DNA from: Candidatus Sumerlaeaceae bacterium
GTDB lineage: Bacteria; Sumerlaeota; Sumerlaeia; Sumerlaeales; Sumerlaeaceae
NCBI GenBank assembly: GCA_049968255.1
Contig: JBMFRB010000001.1
Location: 333,395-397,394, forward strand
Direction: 5' to 3'
Length of the DNA: 64,000 nt
Within the stretch, counting starts at the first letter, position 1, and the number at the start of each line of letters is the position of its first letter. The position numbers and the translations under genes are program-made. Shown one piece after another: positions 59,336-64,000 of this stretch. The notes under the pieces were generated by a model. The model saw only the letters and a list, made by a program, of their open reading frames with translations, did no database searches and was not told the origin of the DNA.

Positions 59336-60358
59336 TTAGCGCTTCTTTGTGATGTGTCCCTCCCAATAGCCAAGAAATTCTTCTGGCTGAGCCATGAGAC
59401 CGAAGACGCCGCCTGTGTGAACGAAGCAAATTGTTTCTCCCCGGCGGAAACGACCTTTTGCAATCTCGCGAGTGAGGCCGTAGAAAGCTTTTCCTGTGTA
59501 CACCGGATCGAGAACAAGACCGGTGGCGCGCGCAACCTCTGCAATCGCTGTGATTTCTTCTGGATAGGCAATTGCGTAGCCAGATCCCACGTAACCGTCG
59601 AGGATGTTGATGGCAATCTGCTCCGTGCGGAAGCGAGTTCCAAAACGATCGTTCATTTCTTCCAGAATGCGACGGACTTCTAGGACGAATGTTGGTGCGT
59701 CGTCGCAGACATTGACACCCCAGATCTCTGGACGACGGCGCTTAGAGAGAAGCTTGCCTGCGAGTAAGCCCGCCATGGTGCCGCCCGAACCCACGGCCGT
59801 GACAATATGATCAATGCGCACGCCCTTACGATCTGCCTGAGCGCAAATCTCCTCAAACGCTTTTACGTATCCAAGCGAACCAATCGCGTTCGATGCACCC
59901 ACCGGAATATAGTAGGCGTGCTTGCCTTCGCGCGCATAGTGCTCAATGAGTTCGGTGACGATTTCTGGTTTGCGCGTGGAGTAGACCTCGCGGGGAAAGA
60001 ATGAAAAGTGCGCCCCCGCGAGTAGATCGAGGAGCAGATTCCCTTCGGGAACGCGTGGTGGCGCCCCGCGCAAAATGAGATGGCATTCGAGACCAAGGCG
60101 AGCGCACGCGAGGGCCGTGGCACGGCAGTGATTCGACTGAATGCCTCCAGCCGTGATCACAACGTGCGCCTTTTGGCGATGCGCCTCGGCGAGAGCAAAC
60201 TCAAGCTTGCGAACCTTGTTGCCCGATAGAACGGAACTGGTGAGATCGTCGCGTTTGACGTAAAGCGTAACCCCCAACCTGTCGCTCAAGTGCACAGCAG
60301 GTTCAAGCGGCGTAGGGAGCTGAGCCAGTCGCAGTCTTGGAGGAAATTTCATCAACAT
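59336..60358 (-). CDS. D-cysteine desulfhydrase / ACC deaminase family PLP enzyme
   Basis: PTPLE, VKRDD, GNKVRKLE, QSNHCRA, GSGGT, LDPVYTGKA, HTGG. Confidence 0.92.
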   Translation of the reverse strand: MLMKFPPRLRLAQLPTPLEPAVHLSDRLGVTLYVKRDDLTSSVLSGNKVRKLEFALAEAHRQKAHVVITAGGIQSNHCRATALACARLGLECHLILRGAPPRVPEGNLLLDLLAGAHFSFFPREVYSTRKPEIVTELIEHYAREGKHAYYIPVGASNAIGSLGYVKAFEEICAQADRKGVRIDHIVTAVGSGGTMAGLLAGKLLSKRRRPEIWGVNVCDDAPTFVLEVRRILEEMNDRFGTRFRTEQIAINILDGYVGSGYAIAYPEEITAIAEVARATGLVLDPVYTGKAFYGLTREIAKGRFRRGETICFVHTGGVFGLMAQPEEFLGYWEGHITKKR

Positions 60359-60502
60359 GCATCAAACGCTTATCCCCGACGGGAGGAATTTCAATCGCAG
60401 AGGACATGGATTTGCAGCGGGAGGAACGCAAATGCCGCACCGCTCACAGAAAAGAACGATGCGGCACTCAACTCGTGAAAACGTGGCAGAGCGAGTTGCG
60501 GC

Positions 60503-60703
60503 CTAATTGGCGCGGGCTATCGCTTTTTGCACGCGTCCGGATCGCAGGCAATCGGTGCAGACATTCAAGCGTCGCACGCTCTGGCCCACGACTGCACGCA
60601 CACGCTGCAAATTCGGAAGCCAGCGCCGCTTGCGGCGGTTGTTTGCGTGACTCACATGGTTGCCGATACCCGGCGATTTTCCACACACTGCACATCTAGC
60701 CAT
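60503..60703 (-). CDS. rpmB: 50S ribosomal protein L28 (CxxC/CxxC form)
   Basis: MARCAVCGK...GNHVSHANN...PNLQ...CTDCLRS; GAGG RBS. Confidence 0.95.
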   Translation of the reverse strand: MARCAVCGKSPGIGNHVSHANNRRKRRWLPNLQRVRAVVGQSVRRLNVCTDCLRSGRVQKAIARAN

Positions 60704-60835
60704 GATTGCTCACCTCGCGTATGTATCCGAGCGTGCGGACATTGATGGCGAAATCGCACGCCTTCGCAAAAAGCAGCGCTTTTCGATTATTCTGAGCTCT
60801 TTTGTCTATTCACTGCAGAAACAGGTCCAGTTGAT

Positions 60836-62776
60836 TCACTGACGGGCGCTTGGATCTTGCGCGAGCTTCTCTTCTAGAGCTTTGAGGCGCTGGCGTGCCT
60901 CCGCATTTTCTGGATCCAATTCGAGGGCTCGCTGAAACATCCGCACAGCTTCGTGTTTTCGTCCTGATTCCGAGAGGAAATGGCCGTAGCTAATCCATAA
61001 CAGTGGATTGTCAGGGCGTGCCACCAGTCCGTCCTGCAAAAGTTGCTCAGCTTCGGCTAGGCGGCCGCGGCAGAAGTAGCAGTAAGAAAGCCCCAGAATG
61101 GCCTTGACGTCGCGCGCGTCGCGGTCTAGCGCGGCGCGGTAAGCCTCTGCTGCTTCGCGAAGCTTGTTCTGCTTCAAGTAAACATCGCCCAGATGCGCAT
61201 AAGGTGCGGCGAAATTCGGCCGCAGTTCAATAGCGCGGCGCAGGTGCGCGAGCGCAGCCGTGGTCTCGCCGCGCCAAACGAGGAGTAGCCCCAGATTCGA
61301 ATGCGCGCGTTCCTGAACGGGGTCAAGCTCTAGAGCACGTTTGTTTGCAGCAATGGCATCATCGGTGCGATTCTGGAGCGCGTAGGCCGCTGCTAGGTTT
61401 GCAAATGCAACGGCGCTACGGGGCGCCACACGAATGTTATGCTCCCAGAGCGTAACCGAATCGCGCCACACGCGTGCTTGACGCCATGACAAGGCGATGA
61501 GCGCAATCCCCAACAACGCAGTGAGAGACGCAGTGACCGATAAGCGAGCAGGCCATTTTCCAACTATCCGCCAAAGGCCAGCACTCACCGCACATCCCAC
61601 GCCAATCATAGAAAGGTAAACGTAGCGATCCGCCACCGTCGAGAAGCGTTGAAACGCGAAAGGTAGCAGCCCGAGCACCGGCGAAACAAATACTAAAAAG
61701 ATCATCGTCGCTGTTGCCCAAACGGTACTGCGTCGCAGAAAGAAAACGAGCGCGACAACAACGATGGGAAGAGAAAACCAGAATAGGCTTGTCTGACTAG
61801 CAGCCAAGGGTGTGTGTCCGTAGGCTGCAGCGAAGTTAAACGGCCAAATAATTTTCTGCACATAGAAGAGTAGCGCGTCGGTGGCAACAAAGGGGCGCAT
61901 CCAGCTCGGCGTGAGCTGCGCTTTCGCCTGTGCTGAGATGTCTTGTGTTCCCGCTGTCGCGATTACCCACAAGATTGCTGCAGCGAACCACCAGGCATAG
62001 CGACGAAACATCACACTCCACTGTGGCCGTTCGAGGATCCAATCTGTGGCAACCAGTGCGAGAGGCAAAGCCACGCTGGCAGGTTTGGCAAAAAGCGAAG
62101 CAACGAAGAACACAAAAGCTGCGCGGTGAAACCAAGCTTTGGCGGGCTGGAGACTTTCTCGCGCACGCCAAAGAAGCGACCAGGAAGCAAGGACAAGAAG
62201 GGCTGCGAGGAGATCTTTTCTCCCGGTGGCCCAAGCAACAACCTCCGTTTGGATAGGATGCACGGCAAAGATGAGCGCACCCGCAGTCCAGCAGAAGAGA
62301 AACGCGGGGCTTACCGCGAGATTCCTGAGTTCGAGATGATCAGAGTGAGTCCAAAGCTGGCGCAACACGTAGGCGGCAAGGGCACTTGCTGAAGCGTGAA
62401 GGACCAGGTTGACTGCATGCGTGACGAAACCAAGGGGGCGGCCGCCAGATAAGAACAAATCGAGATAATAGGAAACGTAAAAAAGGGGCACATAAAGATT
62501 TTCGTATGGGGCAAGCCAAAGCTGTTGAAACCCCCACCAGCTTGGCGGGCGAAGAAATGGATTATCAGTGAGATTGACGTTGTCGTCCCAGTTCGTAAAA
62601 CCGTTTTGAACCGCCGGCAAAAAGGCGACGAATGCGACCATCGCAACGATGGAATAAACGAGAAGGTGCACACGCGGCGTGATGCTCGTGGCGACGGAGA
62701 GAGTTTCGGGATTCTTGGCTTTTCGTCGTCGCGGCTGTTTGGGACCCATGACTTTCCTCGCTATTGCAGCCACCAT
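60836..62776 (-). CDS. TMTC-like GT-C glycosyltransferase with C-terminal TPR repeats
   Basis: NGFTNWDD, FAVHPIQTEVVAWATGRKD, ADRYVYL, W.DS.TLW, then TPRs. Confidence 0.82.
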   Translation of the reverse strand: MVAAIARKVMGPKQPRRRKAKNPETLSVATSITPRVHLLVYSIVAMVAFVAFLPAVQNGFTNWDDNVNLTDNPFLRPPSWWGFQQLWLAPYENLYVPLFYVSYYLDLFLSGGRPLGFVTHAVNLVLHASASALAAYVLRQLWTHSDHLELRNLAVSPAFLFCWTAGALIFAVHPIQTEVVAWATGRKDLLAALLVLASWSLLWRARESLQPAKAWFHRAAFVFFVASLFAKPASVALPLALVATDWILERPQWSVMFRRYAWWFAAAILWVIATAGTQDISAQAKAQLTPSWMRPFVATDALLFYVQKIIWPFNFAAAYGHTPLAASQTSLFWFSLPIVVVALVFFLRRSTVWATATMIFLVFVSPVLGLLPFAFQRFSTVADRYVYLSMIGVGCAVSAGLWRIVGKWPARLSVTASLTALLGIALIALSWRQARVWRDSVTLWEHNIRVAPRSAVAFANLAAAYALQNRTDDAIAANKRALELDPVQERAHSNLGLLLVWRGETTAALAHLRRAIELRPNFAAPYAHLGDVYLKQNKLREAAEAYRAALDRDARDVKAILGLSYCYFCRGRLAEAEQLLQDGLVARPDNPLLWISYGHFLSESGRKHEAVRMFQRALELDPENAEARQRLKALEEKLAQDPSARQ

Positions 62777-62911
62777 TCAAAAGCGGACATCTAACTTTAG
62801 ACAAGCGAAGTGTGTCTGCGAAAAAAGGCGAGGGTGCGCATTTGCCCAAAGGTAGAAAACGTGCGCCGCTCGTTGGACGAACGGCGCACAATAGTCACTC
62901 GTTTTCTTCAA

Positions 62912-63925
<1,014 letters not shown>

Positions 63926-64000
63926 CTACGGGAATAAAGGCGAGATTTTGGGCGATGAAGTGGTGCCGCGCATGTCGTCACGCACGCGAGTGGGTGTGCC

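Noticed and set aside
58744-59643. 299-aa minus-strand ORF
   Set aside because: Overlaps the 3D-domain gene and the desulfhydrase gene in other frames; no motifs

Overview
Gene-dense chromosomal window from a diderm (LPS-making) bacterium, roughly 55-60% GC by eye. The style resembles a poorly characterised lineage such as Sumerlaeota/BRC1, but this is an unverified impression. Most content is housekeeping: hisF (partial)/trxA/hisA/rpoD, dnaG, HU, tlyA-nadK-TPR-aroA-rhomboid-ctpA-xseA-ubiE, ppiD-bamA-skp-lpxC-fabZ, divergent pilT/pilC, rsmE-sensor kinase-queA, glycan genes (GT87-like, WecA-like, gmd, two GT4, TMTC-like GT-C), a truncated dcw cluster (mraZ-rsmH-ftsL-ftsI-murE-murF-mraY), tgt, a 3D-domain protein, D-cysteine desulfhydrase, rpmB and mdh. 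I saw no tRNA, rRNA, CRISPR array, transposase or phage gene. Most notable: (1) a 254-nt non-coding element inside the dcw cluster between ftsL and ftsI, bounded by a perfect 14-bp inverted repeat, with nested hairpins and repeated motifs (candidate novel ncRNA or MITE); (2) a TsaC/YrdC enzyme fused to a Clp-N domain; (3) a PorU/gingipain-like C25 protein translationally coupled to an LPS/RIO-type kinase next to a GT4; (4) a 10-bp-periodic MraZ-box array; (5) hints of protein O-glycosylation.
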